This document shows, one piece after another, positions 1-8,682 of a DNA stretch of 55,668 nt; the stretch's first letter is position 1, and each line of letters begins with the position of its first letter. Origin of the DNA: a virus. Its lineage: Duplodnaviria > Caudoviricetes. The translations under genes and the position numbers were made by a program. The DNA is taken from IMG/VR virus record IMGVR_UViG_3300025872_000070, positions 1 to 55,668 of that record, one strand, 5' to 3'. The notes beneath the pieces are model-generated. The model did not search any database, was not told where the DNA came from, and saw only the letters and a program-made list of their open reading frames with translations.

Positions 1-24
1 ATATTGTATACCTGAGACGTAGGA

Positions 25-252
25 CTACGACTCATCTAAAATAAAAACTACATTTATCCCTGAAAAATTTAAAATAAACTTGTCGGTTCCTTTTTTATTT
101 TTGGTAAGAAGTTTTTGAAATTTTTCGAAACGCTCTTTTTTCAATTCATATACTAGGGTACCATTACCATCCGGACATATATTTTCAATAGCATCACATA
201 CAAGTGCAAACTTGGATATTAACTCGTTATAATTTTCATTAGTTTTTTCCAT
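25..252 (-). CDS. hypothetical protein
   Basis: 75-aa ORF overlapping the upstream gene in a tight - strand run; no recognisable motif. Confidence 0.55.
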   Translation of the reverse strand: MEKTNENYNELISKFALVCDAIENICPDGNGTLVYELKKERFEKFQKLLTKNKKGTDKFILNFSGINVVFILDES

Positions 253-401
253 AAACTAACCTTTTTTGGTTTTGTGGGTATGATATCCTCTTTATTGTAT
301 TTTTTAATTAGATTGATGAAATTTTCTTTTTCAACATCTAATTCAACTCTATCTTTATTTTTTTCCTTCTCCAGCCAATTTAGATATTTCTGATTGTTCA
401 T
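219..401 (-). CDS. hypothetical protein
   Basis: Short ORF, probable start MNNQKY at 401; overlaps both neighbours; amphipathic C-terminus SLWKKLMKII. Confidence 0.5.
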   Translation of the reverse strand: MNNQKYLNWLEKEKNKDRVELDVEKENFINLIKKYNKEDIIPTKPKKVSLWKKLMKIITS

Positions 402-795
402 AATCTTTATCTTCAAGTTTCAATTTAGATACTTTAATTTCGAATTTCAAATTTTTAAGCGATTCTAAAGGAGTTTTTTCAAATAAAACTTTAAGTTCTT
501 CAACCTTTTTTTCGAATAAGATATTTTTTTCTTCTCTTTCTATATTGTATTTGATTAAACTTTTGATATTATCTATTGAAATATTCAATTCAGATTCATC
601 CATCTTGGAAAGAAAAGAAAATAAACGTTCATTTGGACTTTGTGACTCTTGTTCAAAAACTTTTTCTTCGTTTATATATTTTTTTGGTAGTTTCCAACTT
701 GTAGGAAATAATATATCAAACGAAATAAAATCCTCCAATTTTCTAACTGATTGTAGGTATGGGAATAAACCCGAAAATTCTGTAAATATACTCAT
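355..795 (-). CDS. hypothetical protein
   Basis: 146-aa ORF, ATGA overlap with the upstream small ORF. Confidence 0.7.
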   Translation of the reverse strand: MSIFTEFSGLFPYLQSVRKLEDFISFDILFPTSWKLPKKYINEEKVFEQESQSPNERLFSFLSKMDESELNISIDNIKSLIKYNIEREEKNILFEKKVEELKVLFEKTPLESLKNLKFEIKVSKLKLEDKDYEQSEISKLAGEGKK

Positions 796-971
796 AACTT
801 AATAATGTACGTAATAATGTATGATAATGCTAAATTCAAAAATAGAAGTTCTCTCTTGGTAATACTAAATGTGTTTTCACCAAAGAGAGAACTTATAAAT
901 TTTATAGAAATTCTTAGAACGAAAAAAATAGAAAATATTAAAATAAAAAATATTATATTTTCGTAATACAT
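792..971 (-). CDS. small membrane protein (59 aa, absent from ORF track)
   Basis: Hand translation MYYENIIFFILIFSIFFVLRISIKFISSLFGENTFSITKRELLFLNLALSYIITYIIKL; two hydrophobic segments; fills the gap exactly with ATGA overlap to next gene. Confidence 0.6.
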   Translation of the reverse strand: MYYENIIFFILIFSIFFVLRISIKFISSLFGENTFSITKRELLFLNLALSYIITYIIKL

Positions 972-975
972 TTTT

Positions 976-1149
976 TTAATCTTTTTTTCTTTCTTCTAAA
1001 ATTTCCAACCTGAACGATTGTAGAAGTGACTTCAAATCTTGTGCAGTTTTTCTTGCTCTTGTACCGGCACTTTTGTTACCATTGTAGAATTTTCCTGCAT
1101 CTACCGCTAATTGTTCAGTAAGTTTTTTGATACTTTCTAAAGTTTGCAT
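976..1149 (-). CDS. histone H1-like (Hc1 family) small DNA-binding protein (57 aa, absent from ORF track)
   Basis: Hand translation MQTLESIKKLTEQLAVDAGKFYNGNKSAGTRARKTAQDLKSLLQSFRLEILEERKKD; GNKxAGTRARK is the signature of short Hc1/histone-H1-like proteins common in Bacteroidota. Confidence 0.8.
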   Translation of the reverse strand: MQTLESIKKLTEQLAVDAGKFYNGNKSAGTRARKTAQDLKSLLQSFRLEILEERKKD

Positions 1150-1216
1150 TTTTCAATTTTTTATTGTTTATGATACTCAAATAATAACTTTTTTGAAAAT
1201 GAAGTAAATGTTTTTT

Positions 1217-1684
1217 TTAACTTTTCAACGCAAAATCCAAAGATTTGTATATCGACACAATCATTTCTAAATCAAATTTTGTAAATGATTTATTTGTGTC
1301 AAACAAATCTTCAAAGTAATTCACCATTGAATTCCTAACCAAAAGGTCTTTTTGTGAATAAAATATTTCTTGAAAGAAGTTTTCAAAATATTCTTTATGT
1401 TCTCCTAGTTCTTTGAACATAATATTCTCTTTTCTGAAACCATCTATATTTTTGACCCAACACCAAGAAAAATGACTTTCATTATCTTCTTGAGTCATTG
1501 TAATATTTGTTTCAGATTTATTACTATTATCTCCGAGATATGTTTCCATTACTAAAATGGATAGCGATAAACAAAAATCTAAAAATAATTCTAGTTTTTC
1601 AGGTAAAATGTTGTTAGCCTTTAACCATTTATCAACATCCTCAGGATTTATAGGTACCGTTAGGTAATTGAAGAACTTATCCAT
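1217..1684 (-). CDS. hypothetical protein
   Basis: 155-aa ORF with ATG start, co-oriented with neighbours. Confidence 0.75.
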   Translation of the reverse strand: MDKFFNYLTVPINPEDVDKWLKANNILPEKLELFLDFCLSLSILVMETYLGDNSNKSETNITMTQEDNESHFSWCWVKNIDGFRKENIMFKELGEHKEYFENFFQEIFYSQKDLLVRNSMVNYFEDLFDTNKSFTKFDLEMIVSIYKSLDFALKS

Positions 1685-1734
1685 AGATTTTTTTTCTATT
1701 GATAAATGATAGAAATAAAACTCAAAAAAGTATA

Positions 1735-3468
1735 TTATTGAGTTTTTTTATCGTAAGAAAAAAGTTGACTCATTCTTTTGAATTCCTCGTCCAATTTTTG
1801 TTTGTTTTTTGGATTTTCAGATTCTAATTTCATCATAAGTTTTTCTCCCGCATCTTCACCAGATTTATCTTGAATAATTGGTTGAGGGGCTTTATTGTAA
1901 GCTTTCCTCTTTATTTTACCCAAAAGATTATCTTTTCTTATTTTATTTCTTTTTTTATTAACCGGTGTCTCAACCGCGTTTGCCCATTCAGGGTTATTTC
2001 CCGTTTCAGAAGAACCCTCTATATTTTTAGTTACCCATTCTTCATTTGGATGGATTTCATCATAATCTAAATTTTCCAAGCCAGCGGCTGTTAAATTATC
2101 TGTATAATCTTTAACAGCGTCTGAAGGAACATAAGCTTTTTTGGACATCTTAGCCAACTCTCCATTTCCTTGTGGAAAATTTTTAGGTTCCATTGAGTAT
2201 TCACCTTTAGAACCATCTTTTAAATAATCTTTCATTTTTTTTGTAACTGACTTAAGATAATCCTCATTTTCTTTACCCGAAGCATCGAAAGCTTGTTTAT
2301 ATTTTTTCAAACCCTTAACTGACTCTGATGTTTTGATGTTATTTTTCACTTTTTTAGTTTCTTCTTCGTTAATTATATTTTCAATTAAAGTAATCAATTC
2401 ATTTTCTGTTAATGATATACTTTCTTTGACTTTAGCTTTCCCTTTTCCTTTCCATCCCTGTTTTGCTCGTTTAGCAAAATAAAGTTCACTCATTTTTTTT
2501 CTAATTGACATTGGTACTTTTTGACCTTTGTCTTTATAAGATTCAGATTTTTTCTTAAGTGATTTGATTTCTGTGTTTATTTGTTCTATTGTCTTATCTG
2601 CGTGTTCACCTGTTTTTTCAACCTCAACATCACCTTCCCATTTCTCTACAACAGGATATTTACTTCCACATTCAACACATTCTTTCTCATTTAAATCGGA
2701 CGTATCTGTATATGTTTTATCACCTAATTTGAATTTTCCACCTTTGGGGGTATCTTTCAACTTTTTAGTAAAAGCATTTCCTTCTTCTACTTCTAACTCG
2801 AAATTTTCTTCACCTTCTGAATTTTTATTTTTTCTATTCCACTTGTAAATAGGATAAAAGTTTTCGTCTGAATAATCTTCATCATTACTTATAAATTTTA
2901 TTTCTTCACTATCAAAACCTTCACCGAGTTCAGACACTCCAGCGTATTCTTTATGTTTTTTACAAGCCACCGAATCTTCCCCTTCTTCTTTACATACTTT
3001 GGTGACCTTTGACATCATATCATCTTCACCTTCAGCAACGTAATCAAATTCTTGATACTCAGGAAATTTACCAACCTCTTCACTTTCACTCATATCAGAT
3101 TTCCATCCACATTCACTACATTCTCCTTCATAAATCATACCACCACATTCACTACATTCAGTTTTACCTTCAAAAATATCTCCAAATTCCCAATCTTGTT
3201 CAGATTCATCATCATTTTTAGTTGGTAATACATATGGTTCATCTTCTTGGTGTTTTGAATGTTTTTTTCCAAGATGTTTTTTAACAAACTTTTCCATATC
3301 TTCCGGTGTAAAATCCCCAAAGGTAGGATGTGTATCTTCCATACCACCTAAATCTTCTTCTAATCCTTTTTTGATATTAGATTTTAACTTATCAGCTTTT
3401 TCTTCTAAAGTTTCGTTAAGAACCTTGTTAATAATTTTTTCGATATTAACTTTATGTGATGGTTTCAT
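1735..3468 (-). CDS. large acidic protein, probable prohead core / internal head protein
   Basis: 577 aa, Glu-rich, many (I/L)-x-E sites, motifs ISLTENELITLIENIINEE and LDEEFKRMSQLF, three CxECG knuckles; function inferred. Confidence 0.55.
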   Translation of the reverse strand: MKPSHKVNIEKIINKVLNETLEEKADKLKSNIKKGLEEDLGGMEDTHPTFGDFTPEDMEKFVKKHLGKKHSKHQEDEPYVLPTKNDDESEQDWEFGDIFEGKTECSECGGMIYEGECSECGWKSDMSESEEVGKFPEYQEFDYVAEGEDDMMSKVTKVCKEEGEDSVACKKHKEYAGVSELGEGFDSEEIKFISNDEDYSDENFYPIYKWNRKNKNSEGEENFELEVEEGNAFTKKLKDTPKGGKFKLGDKTYTDTSDLNEKECVECGSKYPVVEKWEGDVEVEKTGEHADKTIEQINTEIKSLKKKSESYKDKGQKVPMSIRKKMSELYFAKRAKQGWKGKGKAKVKESISLTENELITLIENIINEEETKKVKNNIKTSESVKGLKKYKQAFDASGKENEDYLKSVTKKMKDYLKDGSKGEYSMEPKNFPQGNGELAKMSKKAYVPSDAVKDYTDNLTAAGLENLDYDEIHPNEEWVTKNIEGSSETGNNPEWANAVETPVNKKRNKIRKDNLLGKIKRKAYNKAPQPIIQDKSGEDAGEKLMMKLESENPKNKQKLDEEFKRMSQLFSYDKKTQ

Positions 3469-3483
3469 ATTATAGTTTTTTTA

Positions 3484-3491
3484 TATAAATA
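3484..3491 (-). promoter_or_regulatory. TATTTATA phage promoter-like motif
   Basis: TATAAATA on + strand, 15 nt before the start at 3468. Confidence 0.55.
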
Positions 3492-3501
3492 TTTAGTTTT
3501 T

Positions 3502-4149
3502 TTAAATTATATACCCCAATTCAAAAGCAACGATGTTTTTTACAACATTTTCACTGACATTGTATTTTTTACTTACATTGGTTATAGCTTTTTTGAAATC
3601 TTCACTTTCAAAAATTTTAAGAGCTTTAATATCTCCTTGATTACAATAAGGAAAAGTTTTACATTTCTTTTTTACTTGTACAAACTTTCCACCTGGTATT
3701 TGTGTTTTAGAAGCGCCTTTCCAATCTTTTTTCGAAGTGGATTTTGCCCAAATTTTAGGACCTGAATATTGTCCCGATGAACTTGCTCCAGTTGCTTCTT
3801 TTGTTTCAACTTTTTTTGTTTTATTTTTAGGTTCAGAAAAAAGAGGTTGAGAGTATTGTCCTGAACCACCTGATGCTGTAGCTTCTTTAGATTCTGTTTT
3901 TCCAATACTTGTAATTTTACCAATAGGTTTATTCATTTTTGTTTTGGAAACCAAGTTTTTTGTATTAGATTTTTTCATTGTGTTTCTAATTATAGGATTT
4001 TCAACATTTATTTCTTCGTTTTGAGGTAAAGATTTAATGAACTCGTCACTTGTTTTGAGTCCTTCTATACCTTGATTATAGATACCTGATTTAGCAAACT
4101 CTGATTTCATAGTATTTCTCAGGTTATTTGATAACGAAGATGAGTTCAT
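3502..4149 (-). CDS. hypothetical protein, possibly head-associated
   Basis: 215 aa; internal duplication KEATASGGSGQYSQP / KEATGASSSGQYSGP; CKTFPYC motif. Confidence 0.65.
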   Translation of the reverse strand: MNSSSLSNNLRNTMKSEFAKSGIYNQGIEGLKTSDEFIKSLPQNEEINVENPIIRNTMKKSNTKNLVSKTKMNKPIGKITSIGKTESKEATASGGSGQYSQPLFSEPKNKTKKVETKEATGASSSGQYSGPKIWAKSTSKKDWKGASKTQIPGGKFVQVKKKCKTFPYCNQGDIKALKIFESEDFKKAITNVSKKYNVSENVVKNIVAFELGYII

Positions 4150-4154
4150 AATCT

Positions 4155-4162
4155 TATAAATA
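4155..4162 (-). promoter_or_regulatory. TATTTATA phage promoter-like motif
   Basis: Exact motif 5 nt before the ATG at 4149. Confidence 0.55.
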
Positions 4163-4164
4163 CT

Positions 4165-4578
4165 TTATTTAAGTAAAATGATAGAAACTATTACACCAAA
4201 TAAAAAACAGGATGTATACGTTGTAATTTTATTTCGGTTTTGAAGTTTTTCCAATCTTAATTCTACTTTATTAGTATAATCTTGTAATGTATTAAATTTT
4301 TCTGTTTGTAAATTTATTGAACTTATAAAATTTTTTTGTTTGTTATTTAAAGTTAGAATAACCGAATCTTTCATTATTATTTTTTTCTCCAACTCAAAAA
4401 TTTCTTTTTCTGAAAAAAGTAATTGATTCCTTGCAGAATCACCACGCAACAAATCTTGTGTAATTTTTTTTACAACGCTTACAGGAAAACATTTCAAATC
4501 TTTATTACTTATACCTGTTTGTGAAAAAGCTGTCCAACTGATTAGTATTGAAATTATTAACGCGATTAATTTTTTCAT
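4165..4578 (-). CDS. secreted coiled-coil membrane protein, spanin-like
   Basis: Signal peptide MKKLIALIISILISWTAFS/Q, coiled coil, C-terminal hydrophobic anchor; overlaps the upstream TM/coiled-coil gene by 74 nt. Confidence 0.5.
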   Translation of the reverse strand: MKKLIALIISILISWTAFSQTGISNKDLKCFPVSVVKKITQDLLRGDSARNQLLFSEKEIFELEKKIIMKDSVILTLNNKQKNFISSINLQTEKFNTLQDYTNKVELRLEKLQNRNKITTYTSCFLFGVIVSIILLK

Positions 4579-4849
4579 AATATTCTTTTGTTAATTGATT
4601 TTTATCTAATTTAATTTTGATGATATTTTCATCAATTGATAACATTTTTTTATTGTAATCATATAATATTGAATCTAATTTTTTTTGACTGGATTCTATA
4701 TTTTTCAGAACGTAATTTATTGAATCTATTTTATTACTTTCTTGTTTTTTAGGTAATAAGTCCTTACTGAAAGTATTCCAACAAATTAATATTATTAACA
4801 ATAATAATAACACCAAATTCATAATTAATATCGTATTATTATTCCTCAC
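4505..4849 (-). CDS. N-terminally anchored coiled-coil protein, i-spanin-like
   Basis: N-terminal TM LVLLLLLIILICW followed by coiled coil; overlapping partner gene. Confidence 0.5.
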   Translation of the reverse strand: MRNNNTILIMNLVLLLLLIILICWNTFSKDLLPKKQESNKIDSINYVLKNIESSQKKLDSILYDYNKKMLSIDENIIKIKLDKNQLTKEYYEKINRVNNFNTNQLDSFFTNRYK

Positions 4850-5471
4850 CTGTAGTTTTTTTTCGTTGAGCCAATATTTTTGACCATTTAGATTTGAATT
4901 TATCGTAGTAACTTTTCAATTTATTAATTACTTCTAAAAAATTATCGTCCGTCTTCATCATATCTCCTTGTATATAAATTCCGTTATCTTCACCTATTGT
5001 GAAAAAAAACTCCAAGTCGAAATCAATTATTTTACCTGACCATTCTACGTTGTGTGGATAAACATTCAATTTATTAAAATCAACCAGTTCTGCCACTTCA
5101 TTCACAAATTCATCCATAGTTTCTTGAAATGCAACCTTTTCATCAACCGTAATTTGTAAATCGGTAGAATCTTTTCCGTGAAGAACAATTATTCCACCTG
5201 AGATTCTGTAAGCTTGTTTTTTATCTTTTTTTTCAGGTCCTAAATCTTCTTCCGAATCACTTTCAATATTTTTTTCTATAGACGAACCTACGTTTACTTT
5301 TTTTGTGACATCTCCGGCTAAAAGTTCATCTTCCTCTTCTTCATCTTCATCCTCAGTTATTAAATTGTGAATTTTTTTTATTCTATTTTCGTCTTCTTTG
5401 ACTAATTTACTCGATAGCATATTTTTGGATGCTTTGAGTAATTGTTTTATTTCATCATGCGAATTCTTCAT
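4839..5471 (-). CDS. hypothetical acidic protein, possibly head-associated
   Basis: 210 aa; LVKEDENRIKKIHNLITE followed by poly-acidic tract. Confidence 0.65.
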   Translation of the reverse strand: MKNSHDEIKQLLKASKNMLSSKLVKEDENRIKKIHNLITEDEDEEEEDELLAGDVTKKVNVGSSIEKNIESDSEEDLGPEKKDKKQAYRISGGIIVLHGKDSTDLQITVDEKVAFQETMDEFVNEVAELVDFNKLNVYPHNVEWSGKIIDFDLEFFFTIGEDNGIYIQGDMMKTDDNFLEVINKLKSYYDKFKSKWSKILAQRKKTTGEE

Positions 5472-6060
5472 TTCCTAATAATTTATTAAATTTATCAAAA
5501 TCAAAAGCTGGTGTTACATCAGTAAAATTTGAATCAAAATTACTTCTTGTAACAATTCCCTTAATTTTTTCAATTCCGTGTATTTTTGTGTTATGTCCGA
5601 TTAACTTCTTTGTTATTGAATTTTTTTTAGTTAAATCTTTACATAAATTGGACAAACTAATCATTTGTTCCTCTTTGTAAGGTTCCCAAAAAAAATGTTC
5701 TCTCCATTTCCTATCGAATACAACACCTTTATAAATATTACCAATCCAATTAATATAATAATCCTTTAGGGGTTCTTTATTTAACCAACCTAAATTTTCT
5801 AAACATATTATTATTGAATTTTTATTTATATTTTCATCTTTGAAAATAGAGGAATATTCTTCGTCAGATAATAATTGATGGGTGATACCCTGATTAGTTA
5901 TTATATAATTTGGTATTTTGTTGTATCTACCGAAATGTCTATTTTGAAGTGAATTGAGATATTCAGGAAACTTTCTAGATGAGTTTATAAGAATAATTTG
6001 GTACTTTTTCTTATTTTTACCTTTCGGCTTGAATTCATCATATGTGACTAATGTTTTCAA
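5455..6060 (-). CDS. N-acetylmuramoyl-L-alanine amidase (Amidase_2)-like protein, degenerate
   Basis: Layout IILINSS..PNYII..G.THQL..NKNSIIICLENLG..YKEEQMISL..L..IVTRSN..TDVTPAF follows Amidase_2, but expected Zn-binding His/Glu appear replaced. Confidence 0.65.
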   Translation of the reverse strand: MKTLVTYDEFKPKGKNKKKYQIILINSSRKFPEYLNSLQNRHFGRYNKIPNYIITNQGITHQLLSDEEYSSIFKDENINKNSIIICLENLGWLNKEPLKDYYINWIGNIYKGVVFDRKWREHFFWEPYKEEQMISLSNLCKDLTKKNSITKKLIGHNTKIHGIEKIKGIVTRSNFDSNFTDVTPAFDFDKFNKLLGNEEFA

Positions 6061-6071
6061 AAAGGTTTTAA

Positions 6072-6968
6072 TTAAGAATTTTTAGTATAAACTAATCTTT
6101 TAACTTCCCCATCTTCGTTCAATTGAGTTTCAGATGAAACAGGAACTTCAACTATTTTTTCAACTTCTTTAATAACTTCAACTTCTTTTATCACTTCAAC
6201 AGGTACCTCAACAACTTTTTCTACTTCTTTTATTACTTCAACTTCTTTTATCACTTCAACAGGTACCTCAACAACTTTTTCAACTTCTTTAATAACTTCA
6301 ACTTCTTTTATCACTTCAACAGGTACCTCAACAACTTTTTCAACTTCTTTGATAACTTCAACTTCTTTAATAACTTCCACAACTTTATCGACAGGTACCT
6401 CAACAACTTTTTCAACTTCTTTAATAACTTCTACAGGAACTTCAACAATTTTTTCAACCTCCTTAATAACTTCTAATGGTTCTTGTTGATTTTTAATATT
6501 ATTTCCTCTTTTATCATCATACTTTATGAAAAAGTGTAACGATGTTAAAGAAATTATTGGAAGAAGACCACCTTCTAAAAAAGATAACCACCTTCTTTGG
6601 GAAGATAAATCATCGGACCCTAATGATTCCCATATTGGAAGAGTTAACTCATTCCAAGTTTTGAAGAGTTCGCTATTTACATCGATTTCTTTGAAAGAAA
6701 AATATATGTTACCAATCATTTGTATCAAGGTGACTAACCCAAACATAAACCAAACTCCACCTTTGATTCTATTTGTAACAGCAACAAGAGCGGTCATCGC
6801 AGCGACTTCTATGGCTATAGATAAGTAAATCGCCCAACTAAAAGGGTTAGCTATATCATACCAAGAAACAACGTGAGATATAGATATTATGGCAACCAAT
6901 ATGATTGGTACCAAAAACATTGACCTGTTAGGATTAATTTTAATCCATTCGAATGTATTCTTAATCAC
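6072..6968 (-). CDS. multi-pass membrane protein with articulin/alveolin-like repeat tail
   Basis: About four hydrophobic helices in the N-terminal half, then EVIKEVEKVVEVPV repeats. Confidence 0.75.
   Translation of the reverse strand: MIKNTFEWIKINPNRSMFLVPIILVAIISISHVVSWYDIANPFSWAIYLSIAIEVAAMTALVAVTNRIKGGVWFMFGLVTLIQMIGNIYFSFKEIDVNSELFKTWNELTLPIWESLGSDDLSSQRRWLSFLEGGLLPIISLTSLHFFIKYDDKRGNNIKNQQEPLEVIKEVEKIVEVPVEVIKEVEKVVEVPVDKVVEVIKEVEVIKEVEKVVEVPVEVIKEVEVIKEVEKVVEVPVEVIKEVEVIKEVEKVVEVPVEVIKEVEVIKEVEKIVEVPVSSETQLNEDGEVKRLVYTKNS
6138..6473 (-). repeat. coding tandem repeat, 60-nt period (EVIKEVEKVVEVPVEVIKEV)
   Basis: Near-identical 60-nt units start at 6181, 6241 and 6301, with degenerate flanking copies. 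Confidence 0.9.
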
Positions 6969-7276
6969 TTGGATAGTTCGTTAATCTCTTTATCAATTTC
7001 AGATTGTCTGTTGACATCCAAAATTTTCCTATCTGTAGATTGAATCATTCTTTTCTCACTTTTTAAACCTTCTACTTTGATTTGAAGAATCAAATCCTTA
7101 TTTAATTCTTTGATTATTTCGTTTTGTTTAGTTATTACAAAAGAAAGCGAATCAATTCTTTTTTGTGTTTTTTTAATATATCCGTTGGTATTACACGTCT
7201 TGAAAAACGTTAATATTACAAATATGGTAACAAATCTTAATCCCCACACATCCAAAAAACTTAAAATAGTTTTCAT
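6965..7276 (-). CDS. small membrane-anchored coiled-coil protein
   Basis: N-terminal hydrophobic segment ending FFKTC (possible lipidation Cys), then coiled coil. Confidence 0.65.
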   Translation of the reverse strand: MKTILSFLDVWGLRFVTIFVILTFFKTCNTNGYIKKTQKRIDSLSFVITKQNEIIKELNKDLILQIKVEGLKSEKRMIQSTDRKILDVNRQSEIDKEINELSK

Positions 7277-7308
7277 AGTTTTGTTTTCTAATTGATTATT
7301 CCGTAACT

Positions 7309-7316
7309 AATAAATA
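7309..7316 (-). promoter_or_regulatory. TATTTATT variant of phage promoter-like motif
   Basis: In the intergenic gap after the sigma gene, 32 nt before the ATG at 7276. Confidence 0.45.
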
Positions 7317-7329
7317 TCAAAAAAATTAA

Positions 7330-8130
7330 TTAAATGTAGTCAAAAAGGGTAGATGATTCATTTCTTAACTTTCTAAGTGCCTTTTCTTTGATTTGTCGTA
7401 CTCGTTCTTTTGTTAAGTTAAAGTCACTTCCAATGTCTTCTAAGGTACGAGGAGGACCCGATATACCAAAATAATCTTCAATAATAACTTTTTCCCGGTC
7501 ATCTAAAATATTTAAAAGTTCAAATATTTTTTTCTTAACCACATCTTGATTGTTGAATACTTCGTCGGGTTGGTCCGCATTTTCATTTTTAACAACATCA
7601 ATCAAAGTGTCTCCATCCTCGTTAATATTCATATCCAAATCAATTATGGAGGGAAGATTAGCAAATTTATCATCTAATTTTTTATCAGATGTTTCAACTT
7701 CTTTTTTTGCTCTATGAAGTTCTTGAACAACATTAACCGGTAGACGAATGGTTCTTGATTGGTCGTTAAGTGATTGTTTGATAGATTGTTTTACCCACCA
7801 AACAGCGTATGAAATAAACCTAAGATTCTTGTTCCAATCAAATGTTTCAATAGCTTTAAGAAGACCACAATTACCCTCAGCAATCAGGTCAGGGAATGGT
7901 AACCCTTGATTTTGATATTGTTTTGCAATAGTAATAACAAACCTTAAATTACCCTCAATCATTTCCCTTTGGATTTTATTTTTTTCCATCAAAGAAAGAT
8001 TTGGTGATTTCATTTTTTCCGCAAGTTCTCGTTCTCGGTCAGCAGTCATAACCTTAATCTTTCGAATATCTTTAAGATAACTTTGTATTTCTTCTTGATT
8101 GATTGGAATTGATGTTTGCTTGTCTTTCAT
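7330..8130 (-). CDS. phage RNA polymerase sigma-70 family factor (RpoD-like, no region 1.1)
   Basis: Region 1.2 YLKDIRK; region 2 NLRFVITIAKQYQNQGL..DLIAEGN.GL.KA..RFISYAVWWVKQSI; region 4 TLEDIG..FNLTKERVRQIKEKALRKLR; start taken at MKDKQ. Confidence 0.92.
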   Translation of the reverse strand: MKDKQTSIPINQEEIQSYLKDIRKIKVMTADRERELAEKMKSPNLSLMEKNKIQREMIEGNLRFVITIAKQYQNQGLPFPDLIAEGNCGLLKAIETFDWNKNLRFISYAVWWVKQSIKQSLNDQSRTIRLPVNVVQELHRAKKEVETSDKKLDDKFANLPSIIDLDMNINEDGDTLIDVVKNENADQPDEVFNNQDVVKKKIFELLNILDDREKVIIEDYFGISGPPRTLEDIGSDFNLTKERVRQIKEKALRKLRNESSTLFDYI

Positions 8131-8134
8131 AGTT

Positions 8135-8665
8135 TTATAGGGATTTAGAGTATTCATTTAACAAATTTAACTCTTCTTTTGATAACTTGGTTATTCCTGA
8201 AGTGTTAATTTTATCTAAAAGTTCATTTAAAGTTGGTTTATATTTTTGTTTTTCTTTGTTATTAAAATCTTCGAATTGTTCTTTCAAAGAAGTAAGTTTT
8301 TCTAAAATTTCATTATCAATCTCATCTAATTTATCCATATTGTTTTCAACGGATACAAACTTTTGGAAAAGAGTTGACTCGTTGAATAAATAGGTACTTG
8401 TTTTTTCTGACATATTGGTAAACATTTTGTCTGGATTATATTGAGACAGGAAATAAATCAATTCCATTTCATCAAACAATTCGAAAACAAAATTTTGCAT
8501 ATCATTAAGATTGTAGTCAGTGCTAAAACTGAAAAATATACTTTCTTCAGTGTAAAAGTACCTTACATCACTTCTTGGACATATACCCCCTAATTCAGTG
8601 GCTATAGATTGTACTAATTCGGATTGTTTATCAGATTTAGCTAAAATAATTAATATATATTTCAT
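8135..8665 (-). CDS. hypothetical protein with C-terminal DUF6576-like helical motif
   Basis: C-terminus LNELLDKINTSGITKLSKEELNLL resembles the ILDKI..SG..SL..EE..L motif of Bacteroidota proteins. Confidence 0.6.
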   Translation of the reverse strand: MKYILIILAKSDKQSELVQSIATELGGICPRSDVRYFYTEESIFFSFSTDYNLNDMQNFVFELFDEMELIYFLSQYNPDKMFTNMSEKTSTYLFNESTLFQKFVSVENNMDKLDEIDNEILEKLTSLKEQFEDFNNKEKQKYKPTLNELLDKINTSGITKLSKEELNLLNEYSKSL

Positions 8666-8682
8666 TTTTATTGTTTACACTA

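Noticed and set aside
6138-6473. CRISPR array or DGR template suggested by regular repeats (also 12021-12456, 20959-21065)
   Set aside because: Periods are multiples of three, in frame, with no unique spacers; no cas or reverse transcriptase gene in the window
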